The notes under the pieces are model-generated. The model worked only from the letters and a program-made list of their open reading frames with translations. It was not told the origin of the DNA and did no database searches. A stretch of DNA of 64,000 bases, taken from contig MGFH01000157.1 of NCBI GenBank assembly GCA_001791795.1, forward strand, positions 383-64,382, read 5' to 3'. The DNA is from Candidatus Wallbacteria bacterium GWC2_49_35. Lineage in GTDB: Bacteria > Muiribacteriota > UBA9980. Positions 35,820 through 43,479 of this stretch are shown here, one piece after another (positions within the stretch are counted from its first letter, which is position 1; the number at the start of each line of letters is the position of its first letter). A program made the translations under genes and the position numbers.

Positions 35820-36149
35820 GTGGCTAAAATGCCTATGATGGGCGGAATGCAGAACCTGGTCAGACAGGCGCAGTCCATGCAGAACAAGATCGCGAAGATG
35901 CAGGAAGAACTCGAAACCTACAGAGTTAACGGCACGGCCGGGGGCGGAATGGTAACCGCGGTAGCTAACGGAAAACAGGAACTCGTCGAGATCCAAATAA
36001 ATAAAGAAGTCGTCAATCCCGAAGATATAGAAATGCTGCAGGACCTCGTTGTGGCGGCCGTCAAGGAAGCCCAGAAAAAAGCGGCCGAACATTCGCAGCA
36101 CGAAATGTCCAAAGTGACCGGCGGAATGTCGATTCCCGGACTGTTTTAA
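35820..36149 (+). CDS. ybaB: nucleoid-associated protein YbaB/EbfC
   Basis: GTG at 35820 follows AGAGGTGG. Sequence: MQNLVRQAQSMQNKIAKMQEELE...GGGMVTAVANGKQELVEIQINKEVV. The ORF-track start at 35775 lies inside the promoter. Confidence 0.85.
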   Translation: MAKMPMMGGMQNLVRQAQSMQNKIAKMQEELETYRVNGTAGGGMVTAVANGKQELVEIQINKEVVNPEDIEMLQDLVVAAVKEAQKKAAEHSQHEMSKVTGGMSIPGLF

Positions 36150-36207
36150 CCGCGACAGTCCGCTTTTGTAAAAATAAGTGAACGCGAGTTTCATATAAAG
36201 AGTAATT

Positions 36208-36882
36208 ATGTCATTGACCCCCAGTTTAGACCGGCTCATACACCAGCTGCAGAAACTACCGGGCGTCGGGCCGAAAAATGCCCAGCGCCTGGCTATTTTC
36301 ATGTTCAAAAAAGGCGCAGATTTCTCGCGCGACCTTTCGGAGGCTATCGTCGAAATGGCGTCTAGCGTCAGATACTGCGGCGTATGCTTCGGAATATGCG
36401 AGTCGGACGTCTGCGAAATTTGCTCTAACAACCTGCGCGATCACGGCAAGATATGCGTGGTTGAAAAGCCCACCGACGTGTTTCATATCGAGGCGACCGG
36501 CCAGTATAACGGCGTGTACCACGTGCTCAACGGTCTTATATCACCGCTCGAATACCTTACCATCGATAAACTCAACATCAGGTCGCTTGTTTCAAAACTG
36601 AACGCCGACGATTGCACGGTCGGCGAAATAGTGTTCGCGCTTCCGCCTAAAGTTGAAGGCGACGCTACCATGGCTCTTATTAAAAAAATGATAAAGAGGC
36701 CGTTTGAAATATCCAGGCTCGCGCAGGGTATACCTACCGGATGCGAGATCGAACACATCGACTCGATGACGCTCGCCCGTGCCCTTAATAACCGGCATCA
36801 AATGGACGCGGACAAAAAAGCCGTGAATCCCGCTCCCGGCGACTCCAGCCAGGGCGTCCATCAAACGAAGCTGATCCAATGA
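36208..36882 (+). CDS. recR: recombination protein RecR (with ~25-aa C-terminal tail)
   Basis: LPGVGPKNAQRLAIF (HhH), C4 zinc finger CGVCFGICESDVCEIC, and a Toprim segment VVEKPTDV... Confidence 0.9.
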   Translation: MSLTPSLDRLIHQLQKLPGVGPKNAQRLAIFMFKKGADFSRDLSEAIVEMASSVRYCGVCFGICESDVCEICSNNLRDHGKICVVEKPTDVFHIEATGQYNGVYHVLNGLISPLEYLTIDKLNIRSLVSKLNADDCTVGEIVFALPPKVEGDATMALIKKMIKRPFEISRLAQGIPTGCEIEHIDSMTLARALNNRHQMDADKKAVNPAPGDSSQGVHQTKLIQ

Positions 36883-38768
36883 ACCTTATCTCAGTAGACA
36901 ATATATCCAGGACACAGGGCGGCAAACCACTCTTCGACGGCGTTTCTTTCGGCGTTGACGAGGGCGATAATCTCGCGCTGATCGGGATAAACGGCTCGGG
37001 TAAAACCACGCTGCTCAACCTTATCGCAGGCCGCGACGTTCCCGATTCCGGCCGTATTTCACGCACCAGCGATCTTAAAATCAGCTTTCTCGCCCAGACG
37101 CCCGTTTACGATCCGGCGCACACCGTTTTAGAACACGTATTCAGCGGCGGTGGAACCAAGATCGAACTCATCAAAAGATACGAATTTCTCAATTCCAGGG
37201 TGAAGACTTCCTACGATCACTTACTGCAGAATGAAATCGACGCGCTAACGCTCAAAATGAACGAATGCGGAGCCTGGCATTTCGAGGGCCAGGTCAAATC
37301 CATTCTCGAAAAACTCTCTATATTCGACCTGGACCGGAAAATGACCGAACTATCAGGCGGCATGCTCAAAAAAGTGTCGCTCGCGGCGGCGCTTATTGAC
37401 GAATGCGACCTGCTAATACTTGACGAGCCGACCAACCACCTTGACATCGGCACCGTCGAATGGCTCGAGCAGTACCTGAAAAAAGCCGCCCGCGCCCTTA
37501 TAATGGTTACACACGACCGCTATTTTTTAGACCGCGTCTGCTCCCGAATCATCGAGATCGAAAAACGCAAACTCATCCAATATTACGGTAATTATTCATA
37601 TTATCTCGAAAAAAAAGCGGATCTGATCAGTGGAGAACAGGTGAGCGAACTCAGAAATAAAACTGTGCTCAAAAACGAACTGGCGTGGCTGGGCCGCGGA
37701 GCCAAAGCGCGCTCTACCAAACAGAAAGCCCGCGTCGAGCGCATCGAAAAACTTAAAGCCGGCGCGCAGGGAAAAGAAAGCGAAATGGACGCGCTTGCCC
37801 TCGCCGGAAGACGCCAGGGCGGAAAGATACTCGAATTAAAAAACATATCTAAATCCTACGGAGGAAAAGCCGTCATCAACCCCTTTAACTATATTTTTAA
37901 AAAGAGCGAGCGTATCGGCATCATCGGGCCGAACGGCTCAGGCAAGACCACTTTTTTAAATATCATCTCGAGGCGGCTCGCAAGCGACAGCGGCGAAATC
38001 GACACCGGCGTCAACACCGTTATCGGATACTTCGATCAGTACAGCTCCGTGCTCGATAACGATCTAAACGTTATCGACTTCGCCAAAAAATCGGGAGAAT
38101 TCATCCAGACCGAAGACAAAAAATATATCCATGTCGGCGAAATGCTCGAACGCTTCCTGTTTCCGCCTGAAATGCAGTACGCTAAGATCGCTAAACTCTC
38201 CGGCGGTGAAAGAAGAAGATTATACCTGCTGCACGTGCTTATGCAAAACCCTAACTTTCTCATATTCGACGAGCCGACCAACGATCTCGACATAAAAACC
38301 CTTTCCATTCTCGAAGATTTTTTGGACGATTTTAAAGGCTGCCTGGTCACCGTTTCACACGACCGATATTTCATGGACCGCCTGGTACAGTATCTTTTCG
38401 TATTCGACGGCCGCGGCGGCATCATGGGGTTCGCCGGCAGCTTTTCTGATTACCTTGAGTATCAGAAACAGACGGCCGATGACGAAAAAAGAAACGCGGC
38501 ACCCGCGTCTGAAAAAAATAAACCCCAAAAATCGACTCAACCTGAAAAAAAGAAGTTATCATTTGGCGAAAAAAAAGAATATGAATCTATCATAGGCGAA
38601 ATTGAAAAACTCGAAAACGAAAAATCCGAACTCGAAGCCTTTTTTAATTCCGGAGAATCATCGTCGGAAAAGCTTTCAGGCTGGACTAAAAGATACGAAC
38701 AGGTCCAGCTCGCTCTCGCGCTTAAGATCGAGCGATGGGAATATCTGGAACATATTGCTCTTAATTAA
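36879..38768 (+). CDS. ABC-F family ATPase (Uup/YheS-like)
   Basis: Two ABC cassettes: GINGSGKTT / LSGGMLKKVSLA / LLILDEPTNHLD and GPNGSGKTT / LSGGERRRLYL / FLIFDEPTNDLD. Charged coiled-coil C-terminus and no TM domain. Confidence 0.9.
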   Translation: MNLISVDNISRTQGGKPLFDGVSFGVDEGDNLALIGINGSGKTTLLNLIAGRDVPDSGRISRTSDLKISFLAQTPVYDPAHTVLEHVFSGGGTKIELIKRYEFLNSRVKTSYDHLLQNEIDALTLKMNECGAWHFEGQVKSILEKLSIFDLDRKMTELSGGMLKKVSLAAALIDECDLLILDEPTNHLDIGTVEWLEQYLKKAARALIMVTHDRYFLDRVCSRIIEIEKRKLIQYYGNYSYYLEKKADLISGEQVSELRNKTVLKNELAWLGRGAKARSTKQKARVERIEKLKAGAQGKESEMDALALAGRRQGGKILELKNISKSYGGKAVINPFNYIFKKSERIGIIGPNGSGKTTFLNIISRRLASDSGEIDTGVNTVIGYFDQYSSVLDNDLNVIDFAKKSGEFIQTEDKKYIHVGEMLERFLFPPEMQYAKIAKLSGGERRRLYLLHVLMQNPNFLIFDEPTNDLDIKTLSILEDFLDDFKGCLVTVSHDRYFMDRLVQYLFVFDGRGGIMGFAGSFSDYLEYQKQTADDEKRNAAPASEKNKPQKSTQPEKKKLSFGEKKEYESIIGEIEKLENEKSELEAFFNSGESSSEKLSGWTKRYEQVQLALALKIERWEYLEHIALN

Positions 38769-38793
38769 AATTATATGCTATACTAATCATGAG

Positions 38794-39270
38794 ATGATTA
38801 GTATGAATATTTTCAAACATATTTTAAAAGCCATTATATTATTATTAATTATATTTTCGCTGCTGATCGCCGCGTTCGAATTCGGCGCGCCGAACGGCGT
38901 CGCTAAACCTTTCGTTGTCAAGAACGAATGCCTCGAATCTATGAAGAAGATCCAGGGCGCGTGCTACTTTTTCCTTATGGAACGCCCTAAATTTACAGCC
39001 GAGGTCGAAATCGGAATGCTCACCGGCGGCGGCTACCTTAAACAGATAAATTCATGCGGCGCCGTCAAAGCTTCAGCCCCAAAAAATCTGCCCGAATATA
39101 AAATTATTTATAAGAGAAGCGGCGGCGAGATCAGTTATATCGATATCGCCTGCCCGCAACACGGCAGCCTCAGCCGTCAGGGCGACATCGATAAAGAAAA
39201 AGGCCTGCCGAACGGCTTCGTCGATAACTATATAGCCCGCGTTAAAACCAGATTCGATATGTATAAATAA
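38794..39270 (+). CDS. small membrane-anchored/secreted hypothetical protein
   Basis: MISMNIFKHILKAIILLLIIFSLLIAAF hydrophobic N-terminus and four Cys. The ORF-track start at 38602 would overlap the ABC-F gene by 167 nt. Confidence 0.55.
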   Translation: MISMNIFKHILKAIILLLIIFSLLIAAFEFGAPNGVAKPFVVKNECLESMKKIQGACYFFLMERPKFTAEVEIGMLTGGGYLKQINSCGAVKASAPKNLPEYKIIYKRSGGEISYIDIACPQHGSLSRQGDIDKEKGLPNGFVDNYIARVKTRFDMYK

Positions 39271-39301
39271 ATATATATATAATTAAAAATAATAGATTTA
39301 T

Positions 39302-39415
39302 GGATAAGGGGAAGGAAAAGGCCGCGCACCATGCCATCCATGGCGCACGCGGCACTAGCGCCTCAGGCGCGTCGGACACCTTTTCCCTTCCCCTTATAAA
39401 CCCCATCCCTATCCC
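39302..39415. repeat. GC-rich REP-like palindromic element (copy 2, expanded loop)
   Basis: GGATAAGGGGAAGGAAAAGG (39302-21) faces CCTTTTCCCTTCCCCTTATA (39379-98). The ~57-nt interior contains GCGCC-TCA-GGCGC. It is followed by CCCCATCCCTATCCC. Confidence 0.7.
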
Positions 39416-39528
39416 AGAATCGCCTGGCGCCTTATTATCGTTTGCCAGCGGTTTTTCTTTCCTGCCTTCAATATAATCTTTCTTTTTATATCTAATTTGA
39501 ATATCAAATTGCCTGCATGTTGTATCCT

Positions 39529-39559
39529 CAACTCATCGCAGCTACGCTGCGATGAGTTG
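39529..39559. other. perfect 14-bp stem-loop
   Basis: CAACTCATCGCAGC - TAC - GCTGCGATGAGTTG. Confidence 0.85.
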
Positions 39560-39566
39560 TAGCATT

Positions 39567-39599
39567 GCCAGAAAATGCCGTTTCACGGCCTTTTCTGGC
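39567..39599. other. 13-bp stem-loop with a 1-nt internal mismatch
   Basis: GCCAGAAAA-T-GCCG-TTTCA-CGGC-C-TTTTCTGGC. A T8 run follows at 39627-39634. Confidence 0.8.
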
Positions 39600-39902
39600 A
39601 GGCGCAATTCCCGGCACGGTCTCGAATTTTTTTTGCTATATGCCTATAATTTTTTCCAGGCCTGTTTTTTATTATTAAATAAAGTAAACGAAAGAGGCTT
39701 TTGTTTGTTAAAACTTTTCCGTAAGCAAGCTTGTTGATTTACTAAAGTGCCATTATTGCTACGCAGTTGCGCGCGTGCGCGCGGCTGCAATCCGCAAGGC
39801 AGCCAGGACAGAAATTTAAACGGCCGGAATAATCAAAAACTTATGGAATTAAGGGCCATAAAGAAAAGCAGCCGACCGCCATTCATAAAGCGTCAGGCAA
39901 TT

Positions 39903-39960
39903 CAGGGATAGAGAGGGGTTTCAGGGGAGAGAAAGGGCCATCGGCCTTTCCTCTCCCCTG
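39903..39960. repeat. GC-rich REP-like palindromic element (copy 3, inverted relative to copy 1)
   Basis: GGGATAGAGAGGGG is followed by an 18-bp hairpin, CAGGGGAGAGAAAGGGCC-ATC-GGCCTTTCCTCTCCCCTG, with one mismatch and one G-T pair. The core GGGCCATCGGCCT is the exact reverse complement of 24946-24958. Confidence 0.75.
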
Positions 39961-39997
39961 AAAAAGAAAAATTTGAGTTTATGAAAAAATTTCAGAA

Positions 39998-40029
39998 ATC
40001 AGTCGATCTGTGAATCAGTTGATCAGTAA
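39998..40029. repeat. octamer tandem repeat (4 units)
   Basis: ATCAGTCG ATCTGTGA ATCAGTTG ATCAGTAA. The array overlaps the stop codon of the minus-strand gene ending at 40023. Confidence 0.65.
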
Positions 40030-40544
40030 TAAGTATATCCGGATATCTGTTTCCGGCTTAATTTTTCGAGATCGTCTTCTATGGCAGAGAATTCGGTTTT
40101 GAGTTCGTCGCCTTTAAGCGGGCCGGTGAGGGCTTTTTCGATTCTTTCGAGCAGCGCGCGAGCGGAGTTGAAAAACTCGATCATATCGTCGCGCGATGCG
40201 CGGGCGCTAACGGGTACGAAGTTATCGTCGAAGCGTTTGATGCTTTTATCGCACTGGTTCATGTTGGAATGTAAAATAGCGATGAATTCTTTTTTGCGTT
40301 CGAGCGTGATTTCTGTCGTTGAACTCGCTATTTCTTCGGCCTGACCATAGATGGCGGCCAGATTGGTCTTAAACTGCTCGAGTGCTCTGACCAACGGCGT
40401 ATAAAAGTCTTTATATTCGTCGCCGGAATTTTTATCGCGCTCGAAGAAGAGATAGCCCATGAAAACGATAAGTCCGACGGCGAGTCCGGAGAGCGCCGCC
40501 TTGAAATATATCGAGTTTTTGTTGTTTTCTTTTTTATCGTTCAT
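40023..40544 (-). CDS. membrane-anchored hypothetical protein
   Basis: 173-aa ORF with an N-terminal TM (AALSGLAVGLIVFMGYLFF), helical remainder and no recognisable motif. Confidence 0.55.
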   Translation of the reverse strand: MNDKKENNKNSIYFKAALSGLAVGLIVFMGYLFFERDKNSGDEYKDFYTPLVRALEQFKTNLAAIYGQAEEIASSTTEITLERKKEFIAILHSNMNQCDKSIKRFDDNFVPVSARASRDDMIEFFNSARALLERIEKALTGPLKGDELKTEFSAIEDDLEKLSRKQISGYTYY

Positions 40545-40584
40545 AGGAGCGTATTATAGCACATCGCTTTTTTTTTGTCAAAAG

Positions 40585-41604
40585 ATGAATATTTTTGCCG
40601 ATAGAATATTTATGGCAAGAAGGATATTTTTTCTAATATTGTTTAATATGATATATCTCATATATAGCGCTCTTCGCAATGTCGGGTTTGGCGGAGTTTT
40701 AAAACCGGCCGCCGCGGGGCTTGTCATGCTTACTGTTCTGGCCGGCTGTTATGGAGAAGTTATCTGCGCGGAAAAACTCGAGGTAGACAGGTACGCGCTC
40801 GAAAATTATAAAAAATTGAAATCGAAGGATATAATTCTTCGTATCGAGCAGGGCATGGTCTATGTAATGGTAGGCCGCAACCGCTGGGACGCGGCTAAAA
40901 GCAATCTCAAGTTGATAACCGGCGATAAACTTAAAGTAACGCCCGGCACGATAGCCAGCATTAATTTTTATGACGAGTTCGACATTCATCTGCCCGAGTC
41001 GGAAATGACCACCATAGAGCCGGCCGGCATCACACAGCTCATCAACGAGGCGCTTTTCAGGACAACTTACAAGGACGGGACCTATGTCTCCGAGGTTGTA
41101 AAGGAGCCTTCGAAGCTCGCGCAGTATAAGTTCAGAGGCGCGATAAAAAACCGCGATCTTAAAATGGAATATTCGAAAAACAGGATAGAGAAGAAGTCGA
41201 ACGCCGAACTTCTGGAGCAGTCGCACCGGGAGCGCGAGCAGAACACTTACATGCGCGCGCGCGTCATGCAGGCGAGAAATTTCGGCAACGGGTTCGTCAT
41301 GAATTATGAAAACTCAGAAAAGAAGATAATAGACGATAACCGCGTATTCATGTTCGAGCGCGAAAAGCAGCGAATCGAAAGGGGTATTTTTGCGAAAATG
41401 GCCGCCGCGGCTTCGCTGCAGAAGATAATCGTCAAGCGCGCCGCCGACGGCATATCGGCCGCGGCCGAAGAGGCGCAGCTGAATCAGCTTAACTCTGAGC
41501 TTCGCCACGACACGCAGAAACTCGAATATATCAATATCAGCCTGCGTGATATCAATGAAGAACTTAATAAAATAAAATTAACGCCCAAGGCTAAGGAGTG
41601 GTAA
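40585..41604 (+). CDS. membrane-anchored FecR-like domain protein with long coiled-coil tail
   Basis: TM segments (IFFLILFNMIYLIY; AAGLVMLTVLAGC). FecR-like pattern: GMVYVMVGRNRWDAAKSNLKLITGDKLKVTPGTIASINFYDEFDIHLPESEMTTIE. Charged heptad-rich C-terminus. ATG at 40612 is an alternative start. The ORF-track start at 40459 overlaps the minus-strand gene. Confidence 0.55.
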   Translation: MNIFADRIFMARRIFFLILFNMIYLIYSALRNVGFGGVLKPAAAGLVMLTVLAGCYGEVICAEKLEVDRYALENYKKLKSKDIILRIEQGMVYVMVGRNRWDAAKSNLKLITGDKLKVTPGTIASINFYDEFDIHLPESEMTTIEPAGITQLINEALFRTTYKDGTYVSEVVKEPSKLAQYKFRGAIKNRDLKMEYSKNRIEKKSNAELLEQSHREREQNTYMRARVMQARNFGNGFVMNYENSEKKIIDDNRVFMFEREKQRIERGIFAKMAAAASLQKIIVKRAADGISAAAEEAQLNQLNSELRHDTQKLEYINISLRDINEELNKIKLTPKAKEW

Positions 41605-41607
41605 CAT

Positions 41608-41898
41608 ATGAAAAAAATCACAGCGCTTTGTTTATTGTTGTGTTTCGCCTGGATCGTAGCTGTATCGCCGGCATACGGCGCGAGCTCGCTCAAACTGACG
41701 GCTAAATCGTCCGTCACTCAGGCGGATCCTCTGCTGGATTATTCGTCGTTCGTAAAGATCAAATTCGAAAAGTACAACGATCTATTTGATAAGTTCTTTA
41801 GAACGGTTAAAAGACAGTATTTCGAAAAATATGACGAATACCGTGAATTGATGGATATCATCCGCAACGACGGCTCGTATTACGTCGACAGGGCGTAA
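41608..41898 (+). CDS. small secreted hypothetical protein
   Basis: Signal peptide MKKITALCLLLCFAWIVAVSPAYGAS. 3-nt gap after the upstream gene. Confidence 0.6.
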   Translation: MKKITALCLLLCFAWIVAVSPAYGASSLKLTAKSSVTQADPLLDYSSFVKIKFEKYNDLFDKFFRTVKRQYFEKYDEYRELMDIIRNDGSYYVDRA

Positions 41899-41899
41899 G

Positions 41900-41934
41900 C
41901 AGTGTATAACGCATAGTGCAGAGTGCATAGTATA
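41900..41934 (+). repeat. heptamer tandem array (5 units)
   Basis: CAGTGTA TAACGCA TAGTGCA GAGTGCA TAGTATA, starting 1 nt after the stop at 41896-41898. Confidence 0.65.
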
Positions 41935-41999
41935 AGTTTAAACGTAACCTGTGAACTCTGAAGCAAAGAACGGCAAATAGTTAATGAGAAACGGCTGTA

Positions 42000-43469
42000 G
42001 TGAATAATCGCGCCGGCGGGAAGATTTTAAAAATGTCAGCGGCAAACATCAGAAAAACTGAATATTATACTTTCAGGGCGCTTTTGACGGTTCTCGCTGC
42101 GCTTGCGTTCGTTGTGGCGAATTATAGCGGAGTTTCGGCCTACCAGCTGGGAGACATGAAGCTGAACGGCGTTTTGTCGTATGACGGCCGCGTCGGCCAG
42201 TTCAATACCGCAGCGCGCGATCCGCTCACTTTAAGCCTATACCGTTCGCTATTTTCAAACGACAATCAGACTTTCGGCGCAGGCGTCGATTACCAGCACA
42301 TGCACGACATAAACCACCGGCAGACATTCGATCTCAAGAACAAATTCAGGGGCGTGAGCGACACGCCGCAAAATCTTGATTTCAGGAACGTTTCCAACAT
42401 ATATAATATAACTAATATGCAATATTCCGTTTCACACAACCGGCAGATTATATCGTCGGTCTATCTGGAGGGGCTGATAACTAAATTCAGCCACACTCTG
42501 CTGCAGGACCTTTCAAACGATATATTCACCGCCGGTTATCTGTTTGACTATATGACCTCGGAAAACACTTATTACACGATGAAACTCGAAAACTCGGTGA
42601 ATAAGTACCAGACGCATTCCGCCGACGATCACGCCTATTCGGCATCCAGCTTCAAGATATTGCACAAGATGCCCAAGATATCGAGAGCGCCGTCTTATTT
42701 TTCGGCGTATGTCTTCCACGATCAGCCGGTGGTTGACGATCCCGATTTCGTTCATTTCATGGACCTGACCTACGAGCTGAAGGCAGAATACGGCTCGAGG
42801 AGAATGGCATATAATCCGGCAGGCGCTTTCAACAACTTCAAGGCCGATTATTCACTTCACCTCGACATGTCGAAAGTGGCGAAGATCAGCCTCAGCGGCT
42901 TCGTCGACCGCCGCGCGTACGCGAACGAGACCGTGGCCGGTTATTACCTTAACTACGACAGAAGCGGCATCAACTTTTTATATTCCCACGACCTGACGCC
43001 GAAATGCGTATTGACGCCCTACGTTGATTTCGTGAAAACGAACTATCTGAATCTTTCGGGATTCAATATGACAGAGATCGGCCTTGGCGGGTATCTTTCA
43101 ATGAAGTATTCCGACCGGATATACTGGAATTGCGATCTGAAAAGGACCTCTTATATGCCCTTCGAATCGCGCGTGAATTATCCGCAGCAGTCGAAGGTGA
43201 ATTTAATATCCAACTGGATCTTATATCTGAACGCACGCAACAGGATAGTCTTCGACCTCGATTACGAGCTGATGAAGACGGGGGTCAACGAAAGCGTTTA
43301 TTTCGCGCGCTATTCGATGCTGACGCCAGAGATGAGATACGAACATAAACTTAAGGAAAATTATTATATCAGAACCGGCGCGGGCGGACGTTATAAAAAA
43401 CACCCCGCGTTCCCGTCGAACGATGTTTTCGAGGTTTACGGCACGGCCGGCCTCAGCGTAATATTTTAA
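42000..43469 (+). CDS. putative outer-membrane beta-barrel protein
   Basis: Signal-like LLTVLAALAFVVANYSGVSAYQ. Tyr/Asn/Gly-rich alternating sequence throughout. C-terminus ...VYGTAGLSVIF ends in Phe. ATG at 42033 is an alternative start. Confidence 0.55.
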   Translation: MNNRAGGKILKMSAANIRKTEYYTFRALLTVLAALAFVVANYSGVSAYQLGDMKLNGVLSYDGRVGQFNTAARDPLTLSLYRSLFSNDNQTFGAGVDYQHMHDINHRQTFDLKNKFRGVSDTPQNLDFRNVSNIYNITNMQYSVSHNRQIISSVYLEGLITKFSHTLLQDLSNDIFTAGYLFDYMTSENTYYTMKLENSVNKYQTHSADDHAYSASSFKILHKMPKISRAPSYFSAYVFHDQPVVDDPDFVHFMDLTYELKAEYGSRRMAYNPAGAFNNFKADYSLHLDMSKVAKISLSGFVDRRAYANETVAGYYLNYDRSGINFLYSHDLTPKCVLTPYVDFVKTNYLNLSGFNMTEIGLGGYLSMKYSDRIYWNCDLKRTSYMPFESRVNYPQQSKVNLISNWILYLNARNRIVFDLDYELMKTGVNESVYFARYSMLTPEMRYEHKLKENYYIRTGAGGRYKKHPAFPSNDVFEVYGTAGLSVIF

Positions 43470-43479
43470 GCCTGGCGGC

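Noticed and set aside
35787-36431. 214-aa minus-strand ORF
   Set aside because: It is antisense to ybaB and the 5' end of recR, both confidently identified.
38602-38793. N-terminal extensions proposed by the ORF track (38602, also 51681, 40459, 44520, 35775, 13735, 62199)
   Set aside because: Each would overlap a confidently called neighbouring gene or a promoter element. Downstream starts give proper signal peptides or RBS spacing.
39552-39737. 61-codon ORF in the non-coding island
   Set aside because: It starts inside a perfect hairpin, has no RBS, and has a Cys/Phe/Arg-rich implausible composition. The region is better explained as structured non-coding DNA.
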